From Mytilus edulis (taxonomy: Eukaryota): a stretch of 64,000 nucleotides of DNA. The stretch lies in the NCBI RefSeq assembly GCF_963676685.1, contig NC_092356.1, positions 36,270,001 through 36,334,000 of the forward strand, given 5' to 3'. Position numbers and translations under genes: made by a program. Positions 12,441 through 24,368 of the stretch are shown here, in pieces (the stretch's first letter is position 1; each line of letters begins with the position of its first letter). The notes below the pieces were generated by a model. The model saw nothing but the letters and a program-made list of their open reading frames with translations. It did not search any database and was not told where the DNA came from.

Positions 12441-13481
12441 ATATATAGATATTCGAATTACCAAGGATTTGTATATCTATACAAATCCTTGGAATTACTA
12501 ATTGCATCATCATTTTTATTTACAACTGACATATTTTTTTATTTGAAAAATCATTTTATTTTAAAAAAAATATGTTATTTAAAAAATCATCACCAATTAA
12601 CCACAATGGAATGCATTTTAATGAATAGTATCCAACATTTACTAATGCATCAAAAATAAAACAGGAAAGCGGCGTTTCGGGAAACTCCCCTTCCATATGG
12701 CTTCAGTAAAAATCTTAGACAAAAAAAAATGTACGTATTTACATGAAATACCGCTACTGGTCAGTTTAATTTACCTAGATGTAAACATGCTTATACATAT
12801 ATAATGTACGAATAGATAACGACTCGGAGATATGTACAGCTGTCAGGTCAAGATTTGGATCATGGCGAAACTAACAAACAACAAAAATATACCAAGTATG
12901 TCAATATTGATTAGAATTGTTCGGTTTTAATTCATGATCTATTATGAGTCTATTATATTTCTGCATTTTTTCATTCATTTTTAATTTTCAACTTTTTTAC
13001 ACAGTGAACTTGTCTTAATTTCTGTGTCATTTTGGTCCCTTGTGGAGAGTTGTCTCATTGGCAATCATACCACATCTTCTTCTTCTATATTGTCTTCAAA
13101 TTATCGTATTTATTCTATGTATATCAATTTTACTTGAAGACACACTTTTAAACTGTTTATGGTAAAAGGTATGAATGATAAAACAAAATGTTATACAACA
13201 AAATAAAATTGATGAGATAAAGCGTTGATAACGAATTAACGCAATGGACAATGTTTCGCTTTTTTTTTTGTGCTTTTTTTTATATCTAAAAGCAGATTCC
13301 TTATATATTTTGTCAAATTAGAAACCTTTTGCTTTGTCTTCTGCATTTACCTAAATATAAGTACAAATTATTTTTTTACATCGTGACATCAAAATTCAAA
13401 TAGTATGAGGAGAACAAACTGCAAAACAACTACTGCTTGATTCTTGATTTAAAACAGTATTTTTTACGGGAAAAGTAACCA

Positions 13482-13873
13482 TACTAAATTATAATCCTGG
13501 TACCTTTGATAACTATTTACACCACTGGGTCGATGCCACTGCTGGTGGACGTTTCGTCCCCGAGGGTATCACCAGCCCAGTAGTCAACACTTCGGTGTTG
13601 ACATGAATATCAATAATGTGGTCATTCTAATAAATTTCCTGTTACAAAACTTTGAATAATCGAAAAACTAAGGATTTTCTTATCCCAGGCATAGATTACC
13701 TTAGCCGTATTTGGCACAACTTTTTTAATTTTTGGATCCTCAATGCTCTTCAACTTTGTACTTGTTTGGCTTTATGAATATTTTGATATGAGCGTCACTG
13801 ATGAGTCTTATGTAGACGAAACGCGCGTCTGGCGTACTAAATTATAATCCTGGTACCTTTGATAACTATTTAC
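13482..13873 (+). mobile_element. Retrozyme / Penelope pseudo-LTR unit (353-nt monomer plus 39-nt terminal direct repeat)
   Basis: Identical 39-bp repeat at 13482-13520 and 13835-13873; hammerhead core; UUCG hairpin at 13583-13602. Confidence 0.85.
13792..13835 (+). ncRNA. Type I hammerhead ribozyme
   Basis: GCGTCA-CTGATGA-GTCT tatgt AGAC-GAAA-C GCGC GTC^TGGCGT: both core boxes, stem II, minimal stem III with palindromic loop, stem I; predicted cleavage after C13829. Confidence 0.9.
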
Positions 13874-14520
13874 GTTTGAAAGACGTGTTTTTTCTAACAG
13901 ACAATCGATTCTCCTATGGGAACCAATTGTGCCCCTCTTCTTACCGACTTGTTTTAATTATTTTATATTATAAAATACACACAGGATTTTCACGAGACAG
14001 ACGAAAATCAGCTATCAGCAACCTTTAAATTTACGTTCCACTATATATATAGATATTTTCTAATTTGGTTAGTGTTTGAAGAGTATCGTCATTGCATATA
14101 TCCAATTTGACGTACGTTTAATAAAAAAAAATATAAAGTCTGCTTAACATCAAGACTTACCTCTAGACTACTAGTAACTATCTTAGAACTAAATTGTACA
14201 ACACATATAAGATTTCAATTTTCCTATTGTCAACTTTCATGTTTTCTGTGCATTATTTCTGCATATATGCAGTAAATAGCTCCCATTTGAAAAGAGAGGA
14301 TGAGAGGATCGAAAGATAACAGCGGGACTTTCAAACTCAAAGATCTAAAATATAAGATATGGTGTGATAAGCTATACTAATGCTTGCGTTTCCTATCATA
14401 ATTTCTTTTATATAGGTTGATATAGGTCGTTGCTCATCAGGAAGCCGCGTTAAACCAAGTGTTCCTATAAGAAAAGTTGAAATCATCCCTTCAACAGTTG
14501 TATAGACGCCATCACATGAT
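13874..14520 (+). pseudogene. Degenerate Penelope-like reverse transcriptase fragment
   Basis: CCTATGGGAACCAATTGTGCCCCTCTTCTTACCGACTTGTTT = PMGTNCAPLLTDLF (RT motif); frameshifts; related inverted remnants at ~29650-30330 and ~32560-33200. Confidence 0.7.
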
Positions 14521-14711
14521 TGTCTAATACAACACTAGAGAGGACTCAACTTTATTATATGCATGTCCTCAATGTTCATGTAGTATTTGTGACTATAAAA
14601 ACGTTTAACAGTTATATATCACTGCGTGATATATATATATTCAAAATCTTATCTGGTATTAGTAGCTAGCAGTTACCTAGCTAGACATAAATTGAAAGCT
14701 GGATATGAGAA

Positions 14712-15101
14712 ATGAACCACGTAACTGAATTTAGTCTTGGTGCACTGGCAGCAGTGTGTGCAGCTTGTTTCACAAACCCTTTAGAAGTAGTGAAAACACG
14801 AATGCAGTTACAAGGCGAACTTAAAGCTAGAGGTCAATATACAATCTTCTATCGGAATACTTTCCATGCGTTATATACAGTGGCTAAATACGATGGATTA
14901 CGAGGAATACAGAGTGGTCTTGCCCCAGCATTGGGGTACCAGATATCTATGAATGGAACCAGACTTGGTTCTTTTCAAATTATGGTTGACATGGGACTAA
15001 CAGACAGTGTTGACTGCACTTTCTGTGGGTTTCTTAGAACTCTGCTGGCAGCGGGACTCTCAGGGGCAGTTAGTAATGCCGTCGGCAGCCCATTTTTCAT
15101 G
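14712..15101 (+). CDS. SLC25A35: Mitochondrial carrier SLC25A35/34-like, copy A, exon 1
   Basis: [44 protein letters not shown]; 130 codons; GT donor at 15102. Confidence 0.9.
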
Positions 15102-15789
15102 GTAGGTAAATATTTGTTTCTTTGGAATTTCATGTACGTACGTATTGCATTTTATAAAAGTGGTACAGTTTAGATGTTGCAAACTGTTATCAATTGTCAT
15201 TGAAAGTTTTGCAACTTATATCTTTTCTATTATGTTTGTCATGGATTGCTGCCTTTCGTATATTTAAGGATCCACATCATGAGACATGCTTTGACAGTTG
15301 TTTTATTTCGACATCGCTTTTCTCTTGAATATTCATTTTTTTTTAATGCATGAATTACATGAGCTTATATGATTTACATTCCGACAACGATAATAACTTT
15401 GTCCTTTTTCACTTTGATATAAGAATTTCACAAATAGGTCTTCTTGCAAGGTAAGATACATCTTTCCTGTTGTAACGTCGATTTTATTTTACTCAATAAC
15501 TGCATGTGCAAAATTAAGATTCTTATATATATAGGTTATTTTTTTATTTCTCATGGGGTTAAAGGAGCTCATGAATTTCACCCAAGATTAAGAACAAATA
15601 TTAGCTTTTGATTATCAGGTTTATACCAATGAATTTTTCTAGCATAAGCGGTTTTCTCAAAAAAATGTCAAAATTCTACCGCAGATGATTAATCAAAATT
15701 AAGAGAGAGTCTCAGAATAAAAACAAATGTTTGAGAGTCAATTTAAATGCTGGTGTCTGGCGTACCAAATCATAAGCCTGGTATTTTGT

Positions 15790-16140
15790 TTTTATGCCCC
15801 ACCTACGATAGTAGAGGGGCATTATGTTTTCTGGTCTGTGCGTCCGTCCGTCCTTCCTTCCGTCCGTCCGTCCGTCCGTCCGTCCGTCCGTCCGTCCGTC
15901 CTTCCTTCCGTCCGTCCTTCCGTCTGTCCGTCCGTTCGTTCAGGTTAAAGTTTTTGGTCAAGGTAGTTTTTGATGAAGTTGAAGTCCAATCAACTTCAAA
16001 CTTAGTACACATGTTCCCTATGATATGATCTTTCTAATTTAATTGCCAAATTAGAGTTTTGACCCCAATTTCACGGTCTACTGAACATAGAAAATGATAA
16101 TGCGAGTGGGGCATCCGTGTACTATGGACCCATTCTTGTT
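15790..16140. mobile_element. Short HINE-like element with (CCGT)n microsatellite (other copies 54653-54959, degenerate ~46614-46920)
   Basis: Terminal hairpin ATGCCCC...GGGGCAT; CCGT array; shared internal sequence. Confidence 0.75.
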
Positions 16141-16205
16141 TTTCTTAATTTACTACCCATATGGGTCGTTGTATATTTTTATCTCAATATTTTATCCATT
16201 CACAG

Positions 16206-16424
16206 ATCAAAACTCATATCCAGTGTAAAACCGATTCAAAGATAGCAGTAGGCTTTCAACATACTCATAAAACAATGTATCATGCAGTCAAAGAAATTGT
16301 GCGACAAGATGGCGTGAAGGGGCTCTGGAGAGGAGCACATGCTGGAACATTGCGAGGATTCATCGGCTCAGCGGCACAACTCGGAGCTTTCACTTCAACA
16401 AAAAAATATTTAATTTCTAAACAG
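16206..16424 (+). CDS. SLC25A35: SLC25A35/34-like copy A, exon 2 (GC donor)
   Basis: IKTHIQ...IAVGFQH...GLWRG...GSAAQL; 219 nt, same length as paralogue exon 2; CAG|GCAAGA donor. Confidence 0.85.
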
Positions 16425-16584
16425 GCAAGAAATAAGTCGAATATTTATAAATAAATAGATTTTTAAAAATATGATGATGTGTAGATTCAACAGTATAGCT
16501 AGGATAAAACATGAAACATCAGAGCAATATACGTGGACTTTAAATACATGGGCATAACAAAAAGAAACATACTTAAAACTTCTT

Positions 16585-16800
16585 AAAAGAGGGGTGAAAG
16601 ATACCATTCGAACTCATACATTAAAAATAAACTGACAACGCCATTGCTAAAAAGGAAAAAGACAAACAGACAAACATTAGTACACAAGACACAACATGGA
16701 AACTAAAAATAATAAGCCACACGAACCTCACCAAAAACTTATCTCAGGTACTCCGGAAGGGTAAGCAGATTCTGCTAAACATGTGGTACCCGTCGTGTTG
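16585..16800 (-). repeat. Penelope-associated 3' tail repeat (also 24505-24710 +, 29650-29880 -, ~32040-32200 -, ~6115-6200 +)
   Basis: Shared AAGAGGGGCGAAAGATACC...CTGACAACGCCATG...CCGGAAGGGTAAGCAGATCCTG-like sequence. Confidence 0.65.
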
Positions 16801-17043
16801 TCTCAGTGGTATGATATTTTACCTCAAGCTCAGGGGTCAGTGTCAGTTAAGTGGTCAATGTAAAGATAAGGAAACATATTGATGAAGACCCTGCAAGAAA
16901 GTTATGATCATTTCAACTTGGTTAAAGTAAAATCTAATGAACATTTGTTTTAAATTTCTGCCAAATAATAGCTCAAATAACGATGTTGCAGTAACTTATT
17001 TACAATTTGCCACCATTCGAATCTCGAGCTTTACTCTTTTCAG

Positions 17044-17361
17044 ATATTTGATGAGGACAGTATAATGATATCAATATTAGCAAGTATGGTTGGCGGAATT
17101 AGTTTGGCATTTTTCATGACCCCATTTGATGTCGTTTGCATTAGACTGTACAACCAAAGAACAACTGAAGCTGGAAAAGGAATGTATTATAAAGGCATTT
17201 CTGATTGTTTTAGAAAAACATATAGAAGTGAAGGAATAGCAGGACTTTATAAAGGTTGGGAACCATCATTGATACGAATATGGCCACACACGGTTTTGTG
17301 CTTAGTATTTTGGGATTGTTTTCGAGACACATATTACAAATGGAATAAATCAAGATCATAG
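17044..17361 (+). CDS. SLC25A35: SLC25A35/34-like copy A, exon 3 (308 aa total)
   Basis: ttttcag acceptor; MTPFDVVCIRLYNQ...GLYKGW...RIWPHTVL; TAG stop. Confidence 0.9.
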   Translation: MFDEDSIMISILASMVGGISLAFFMTPFDVVCIRLYNQRTTEAGKGMYYKGISDCFRKTYRSEGIAGLYKGWEPSLIRIWPHTVLCLVFWDCFRDTYYKWNKSRS

Positions 17362-17972
17362 AAAACTGTAAGAGTCAACCATTTGTAAGTCACTTTTAAT
17401 TAAACGATTATGAAAAAGAACACTGTTATGACATGTTTCTGAATGTTTAATGCTTACAGAACTGGAACGAATCATCAGTTATGCAATCGTGTTGGATAGT
17501 CTCTTGTAAGTGTTAGATAATGTTTGAACTGTCTGTTTCATTAAAATGCTACTTCCAAGTGGCATTTGTTAGATATAAAGCACGTGTACGTCATTAACGG
17601 ATAAACTTACGCATTTAATGCACTAAAATTGCTACATGTGTAACTTATATATGTAACCTTTTACCTATTTGTTATTTTCGACCTTTCTATGTGACACTCC
17701 TGGGGACAATAATGAAATGATTTTAAGAATAACTATCTTTATGTCGAACTGTAGAGCAATACTTAAATGATCTTATCATAAAAATATAAACAATTCTGTG
17801 CATCTTCGATTATAGATTGTTCCTCGGTTTTTTAGCTTCCCCTCGAATTATATAATGTTTTTTTTCATTACTTGTGTTCGTCTTTATTTTGCCTACATCA
17901 CACGGACATCGGTCCTTAATATTATGCATTTTGTTTAATCATTAATTTTCATTTCTTACATGTCCGAGGTAC

Positions 17973-19243
17973 GGGGCGCCGAATGGGACTCTTGTGGTTT
18001 TGTACAAAATTCAATTCTGTCATAACAAAATCATTTTAAATTTTTGTCTTACAAAACTATGTGCTACAGACTTGTTTTGTGAGAACTTCAATTTTGTGAT
18101 GACAAAATTCATTTGTGTAGACAAAATTCATTTTTGTCATGACAAAATTCATTTTTGTAGACAAAATTCATATTTGTCATGACAAAAGTCAATTTTGTCT
18201 AAAAGGTATGCAAATATAAACATATTTGCATACAAAATTGACTTGTGTTACCTGATATGGAAATTAAATCACAAAAGTCAATTGTGTGAGGTAAGATTCA
18301 ATTTTGTGAGGCAAAATTGACTTTTGTGAGACAAAATTGACTTTTGTGAGACAAAATTCAATTTTGTCAATTTTGTTGAGACAAAAGTCAATTTTGTTAA
18401 TTTTGTTGAGACAAAAATCAATTTTGTTGAGACAAAAGTCAATTTTGTTAATTTTGTTGAGACAAAAGTCAATTTTGTTAATTTTGTTGAGACAAAAGTC
18501 AATTTTGTCAATTTTGTTGAGACAAAAGTCAATTTTGTGACGACAAAATTCATTTTTGTGACGACAAAATTCATTTTTGTGACGACAAAATTGACTTTTA
18601 TGAGACAAAATTGACTTTCGTGAGACAAAAACAATTTTGTTGAGACAAAATTCAATTTTGTCAATTTTGTTGAGACAAAAGTCAATTTTGTCAATTTTGT
18701 TGAGACAAAAGGCAATTTTGTTAATTTTGTTGAGACAAAAGTCAATTTTGTCTCACAAAAGTCAATTTTGTCAATTTTGTTGAGACAAAAGTCAATTTTG
18801 TCAATTTTGTTGAGACAAAAGTCAATTTTGTCAATTTTGTTGAGACAAAATTCAATTTTGTCAATTTTGTTGAGACAAAAGTCAATTTTGTCAATTTTGT
18901 TGAGACAAAATTCATTTTTGTCAATTTTGTGTAACAAAAGTCGATTTTGTATGCAAATTAGTTCACAGAAACCAAACTAAACTAATTTGAATACAAAATT
19001 GACTTTTGTCGCCCAATTTTCAAATTAGGTAACAAAATTCAAGTCTGTGTAACAAAAATGAATTTTGTCATGACAAAAGTGACTTTTGTCCGCTGATAGA
19101 TAATTTTGTATGACAAAATTTTAAATTTGTAGTATGATACAAATTTTGTTAAACTGAACTTATTTTTGTTGAACAAAAGACACTTTTGTCCGTACAAAAT
19201 TGAATTTTGAGTACAAAACCACAAGAGTCCCATTCGGCGCCCC
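17973..19243. mobile_element. Foldback-like element with long TIRs and internal tandem array
   Basis: TIR GGGGCGCCGAATGGGACTCTTGTGGTTTTGTAC; internal array of GACAAAA/TCAATTTTG modules of 11, 21 and 32 bp. Confidence 0.8.
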
Positions 19244-21723
19244 GAATGAGGTACGGACCGAGACCGAACAATAGCAACTTCCGAGATTAAATTTAATTCA
19301 CTGGTCTAAGGTATTCTTTAAATTCCTATCCCTGTGACAAATGAACAACCAAGGGTAATCACAATTCAATAAAAAGTGTTAATGCACACTTATTTGTATA
19401 ACAGATGTTAGATCTTTCAAGGATCCAAAGTAAGAAACAAAAACAATATTTTGAAACCCTTTCTTAATTTTTTCAAAAGTTAAACCATTTTGTTAATCAG
19501 TACAAATTTGTTTCTATTCATGCTTTCCAAATAAATAAGTGCCATTCTTTATTTAAAAAGTATTTGACGACATTTTGTTTGTCCATCGTGATATGTTGCT
19601 AATAAACAGAGTAAATATTTTGACAACGACCATAAGACAGACCTTTTAATGTTACAATATGTTAAAACACCTGACCAAAAAATTAAACCTGAAAAAAATT
19701 TCATGTATTGCTTATATCGAGCTATACAATTGAATTATCTTATAAAGTTACATTAAATCTTATGGCTGATAAAAAAAAAAGAGGTTTTCAATTACAAGAA
19801 GGTTGAAAATATGTTTGATTATGTTAATTGTCGTATATGTATTTAAAAAAAATCAAAACATACATTTTTAATTATTTTTTTGTGAAAGTTGCAACGTTTA
19901 ACACGCCATAAATACATGTACGCATGAACAAGAATTTGTACTATTCGTTTCATTTCAAACATATTCAATCATCAATTGACATTGATGCAATTTTCTAAGA
20001 ACAGATGTATCATTCTCTTTTTCCTAGTTTTTTCAAACAATCTGATTTGCCTTTGGTCTCTGTACTTGTATTGCTCTGAATGATCGCTTATTGCTGCTTA
20101 AATTTGCCTAAAATTTATGCCAGCGATTAGGAATATGCAAGTTGAATAGAACCTGTGTGGGCAAAAATCTGATTATTTTTCCTGACATTTTTTCCCAAAG
20201 ATATCAGAAAAAAAGTGAAAAAACAAACTTTAATATTTATCTCCAGGGATTTTAATTGTTCGACTTATTTGAAGATCCAGTGTTTCTGTTCAAAATGTCA
20301 GTCTATCTATCAAATGATTCGAGGAATGAGATAAAACCAACGAAATGAGTACAACGGAAATCAGCATGTAAGGGTAATTACTCCTATAAGGACTCGAATT
20401 ACGATTTCGATCTTATGACTTTAAGTTATTTGTGAATCTCAAGCTGCTGATTCTTTTTGTTGTGTACAGTTTCTCTAAACATGATAAATTATCTCTTATC
20501 ATAAAATTGGGAAAGGAAATGGGGAATGTGTCAAAGTGACAACAACCCGACAATAGTACAGACAACAGCCGAAGGCCACTAATGGGTCTTCAATGTAGCG
20601 AGAAACTCTCGCACCCGGAGGGGTTCTTCACCTGGCCCCTTGAAAATATGTATACTAGTTCAGTGATAATGGACGTCATACTAAACTCCGAATTATACAC
20701 AAGGAACTAAAATTAAAAATCATATAACAAAGACTAACAAAAGCCAGAGGCTCCTAACTTGGGACAGGCGCAAAATTGCGGCGAGGTAAAACATGTTTAT
20801 GAGATCTCAACCCTCCCCCTATACCTCTAGCTAATGCAAAAAAGTAAACGCATAACAATACGCACATTAAAATTCAGTTCAAGAGAAGTCCGAGTCTGAT
20901 GTCAGAAGATGTAACAAAAGAAAAAAAACAAAATGACAATAATACATAAATAACAACAGACAACTAGCAGTTAACTGACATGCCAGCTCCAGACCTCAAT
21001 TCAACTGATTGAAAGATTATGTCTTCATCATATGAATATCAGGCACAATCCCTCCCGTTAGGGGTTTAGTATCATACTATCATAAAATATATGAGAAGAA
21101 CATAACTCGTGTCATGTCAACAACTGTATTTTAATAAATAAATGTGTTTTGTTCCGATGCAAAGACCCTATAAGTGAATCAATATTAAAGCCAAAATATG
21201 CAATCTTAAATGACCTGACAACAGTATCGTTACTATAAGTCTGTTTAAAGGTTTTGTAAGTTTTTGAGGTTAATACTGACATTTTTGTGCTTTGAAAAGA
21301 ATATTACCATAAAAGATTGGATGTGAAATGCCTGAACGTATATATAAGATGTTTTCAAGATGAAAGTCAAGAAGGTTACAAGAAATTATAACGGTATTTT
21401 ATTAGTGAACATTTCAAAAGATTAAATCAACATTTGAACTTATTCCTTGTGTTAATTAAGCATTATAAATAAATAAAACTTTTTGATATTTCAAAAGAGA
21501 AAGATTGTTTTTTTTCATTTTTTTTTAGATATAAGGTGTTTTTTTTTGGTGGTTTATCACAATAACTAATCTTTGACAAATATTAAGGCTTGAATGAGAC
21601 CAAACTATTCCTTTCCTTCTCCTTTTAACATATTCATTTTATGTCTCTTCATAATTTATTTATGACGTTCGCTTACTCTATAATTGATATTAGCTTCATA
21701 TCACAATTGTACTGTAGATTTGA

Positions 21724-22956
21724 TCAGTTTACCCCAGCAACGATGTCCATAAAGAAACTGAGGTTAGCAAGGAATAAAACGACACTGAATATTACAATAA
21801 AACATTTGTCCAAAAATCTACTGACATCTTTCCAAGAAACGTCATCCTTATCATCATTAGGAATACCGAGTTTTTCTGTTTCCTTGACGCCTTCGGCATG
21901 TCCGACTTGAATCCCATTGTTTTGACGCTTTTTACAGGGCCGACATTTCTTTGATGTGTTAACAAGACGTCGCCACATCGATGTGACTGGCTTTGCGTCA
22001 TCTCTATGGTGAATGACAAGACCTAAAATCGTGCAAACAACAATCAGCGAACTTATGGTCAAATCGGCGACGAGTTTTATTCCTACTGACGATAATCGTG
22101 GTGATGATGTCGATGGTAACGAATCAGAAACGATCGTCATAAAAACGGCAATAGACAATAAAAGAGTTATACTAAAACCAACACGCTCCCCTGAATCGGC
22201 CGGCAGAGCAAACACAAAAATGTTCAAAATTCCAAGTAGAATGATTGGAAATATTACATTGATCATGAAAAATGTTGGTTTTCTTTTGAAAGTCATCGAA
22301 ATATACAAGGCATTGACACTGCTTCCATTATATAACGTAGAGGAAACATAATCCCATTGTGGGTTCTCACTGTAGAAGGTTGTGTCAACTGTGTAAGATT
22401 GTATAAGTATACGAATTTCATTTGCGTCATATTGCCACGGTAGCACCATCATTTGACATGTCTGAGAATCAAAGGGAAAATAAGACACGTCGGCGTCACA
22501 TGCCATCTGAAAACTGTCTGCTGGACTCCAGGTAGCATCGCCATTTTCATAAAGTGATACCGTTGAACCTTCCAAAGTAATAACAACTCCTTCTTTGTAC
22601 GGATTTCCTAAAATAATATGTGGGGTCCATATGTGTTTTGTGGGCATATGCATATGTATATCACCACCCCCGTACGAATTCCGATCCCAAACAAGATTAT
22701 TATCTCTCCAGTTGATATTAAAAAATCCTGCGACAGAAAATAGTCCTGTATTTTCATCTAAATCTTGAAGGTTTGTGAGATAGAATTTGAATCCAACAGA
22801 TGTTGCCGTATTAAGGTCTGTTTCTGGACGAATATATTTGTAACTTCTGCTTACAAGATCATCGTACAGTGAAGACACATTTGCAAACGAAGCCGTATAT
22901 ACAGGATTAATCGTTCCAAAAATTACCAATGAGAAAATCAGTGTATAATACTTCAT
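21724..22956 (-). CDS. Intronless nicotinic acetylcholine receptor-like Cys-loop channel subunit (non-alpha, 410 aa)
   Basis: Signal peptide; IRP; Cys loop CDADVSYFPFDSQTC; M1 FFMINVIFPIILL; DSGERVGFSITLLLS M2; M4 LDKCF; no vicinal CC. Confidence 0.93.
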   Translation of the reverse strand: MKYYTLIFSLVIFGTINPVYTASFANVSSLYDDLVSRSYKYIRPETDLNTATSVGFKFYLTNLQDLDENTGLFSVAGFFNINWRDNNLVWDRNSYGGGDIHMHMPTKHIWTPHIILGNPYKEGVVITLEGSTVSLYENGDATWSPADSFQMACDADVSYFPFDSQTCQMMVLPWQYDANEIRILIQSYTVDTTFYSENPQWDYVSSTLYNGSSVNALYISMTFKRKPTFFMINVIFPIILLGILNIFVFALPADSGERVGFSITLLLSIAVFMTIVSDSLPSTSSPRLSSVGIKLVADLTISSLIVVCTILGLVIHHRDDAKPVTSMWRRLVNTSKKCRPCKKRQNNGIQVGHAEGVKETEKLGIPNDDKDDVSWKDVSRFLDKCFIVIFSVVLFLANLSFFMDIVAGVN

Positions 22957-23854
22957 TTTTTATTGTGGAAAATAGATATGAAAACGTTTACTTTTACACT
23001 GAACATTTAAATATTTTAAATAAAAATTTTAAATACCACCTGATTTGAGTTCTTTGTTATAAATGTATTCTATTTCTTATTCAACTGTTTTGAACCGTAC
23101 TAATATTGACTATTCCCAAATAAATTATTCAATTAAATGCACTCATATATCATAATTTAAAACCAAACAAAAAAAAAATTTGCCCTTCAAGTGTATTTTG
23201 TTTTTATATTATATATAAAATTATTAAAAACAGGCTTGTTAGAGTTGACATTGTTACCGGTATTCTTTATTTTTAAAGATATAAATGCTTATGTAAAAAT
23301 TAAATGTTAAAAACTAGTATCAATGCACATATAACTGAACTCGGTTTATTATTATCACTCAATGATCGGATGACCAAACCTACCAATTTTAATTTTTTTA
23401 GGGGGGGGGGAGGGGGCTAAAAAAATTAAATTCAAAGTATATCATAAATTTAAGTGAATTAAAATGATGAGATGAATCAGTATGTCTGAAACGCTTTTGT
23501 ACAGTAACCAACACCGTAAAAAATATTTAATCGAAGGGCGGAATTAATACGATATTTCAGAGCTTTCATTTCCTATCATGATTTCCTTGAAAGATGGTTT
23601 TAGATTACAAAACAGCTATTGAAATATAAGTTGTTGAGCCTGGTAATTGGACCAGCATATATTCTATACAGTGTATACTATCGTCCAAAATACAGAGAAG
23701 ATATTGTACAAGGTACATACAATACGATCCTTAAAGAACAAGCCACACGATCGTGTGATTAAAATGTTTTTTTTCTCGAGATGCTGTCAAACATCAACAC
23801 GTTATGGTAGGATGATACCAAGAGGTAATAAGAACAGTCAAACAACAAAAACAG

Positions 23855-24368
23855 GACAAAGACATTACAAACGAAAGACGACCAATAATCGACAAAGGCA
23901 TTTCAAACGAAAGACGAACAATAATCGACAAAGGCATTTCAAACGAAAGACGAACAATAATCGACAAAGGCATTTCAAACGAAAGACGAACAATAATCGA
24001 CAAAGACATTACAAACGAAAGACGAACAATAATCGACAAAGGCATTACAAACGAAAGACGAACAATAATCGACAAAGGCTCTTCAAACGAAAGACGAACA
24101 ATAATCGACAAAGACATTACAAACGAAAGACGAACAATAATCGACAAAGACATTACAAACGAAAGACGAACAATAATCGACAAAGACATTACAAACGAAA
24201 GACGAACAATAATCGACAAAGACATTACAAACGAAAGACGAACAATAATCGACAAAGGCATTACAAACGAAAGACGAACAATAATCGACAAAGGCATTAC
24301 AAACGAAAGACGAACAATAATCGACAAAGACATTACAAACGAAAGACGAACAATAATCGACAAAGACC
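23855..24368. repeat. 36-bp tandem repeat, ~14 copies
   Basis: Unit GACAAAGACATTACAAACGAAAGACGAACAATAATC. Confidence 0.95.

Noticed and set aside
15727-16028. VRPS / DGRT repeat ORFs
   Set aside because: Translation of a (CCGT)n microsatellite within a HINE-like element
18264-18980. Long ORFs (up to 219 aa) in the repeat array
   Set aside because: Low-complexity translations of a stop-poor tandem array inside a TIR element
21792-22351. Overlapping and antisense ORFs on the receptor genes (also 26240-27107)
   Set aside because: Shadow frames of real CDSs
23855-24368. 36-bp repeat array as CRISPR
   Set aside because: Units are head-to-tail with no unique spacers, there are no cas genes, and the context is eukaryotic
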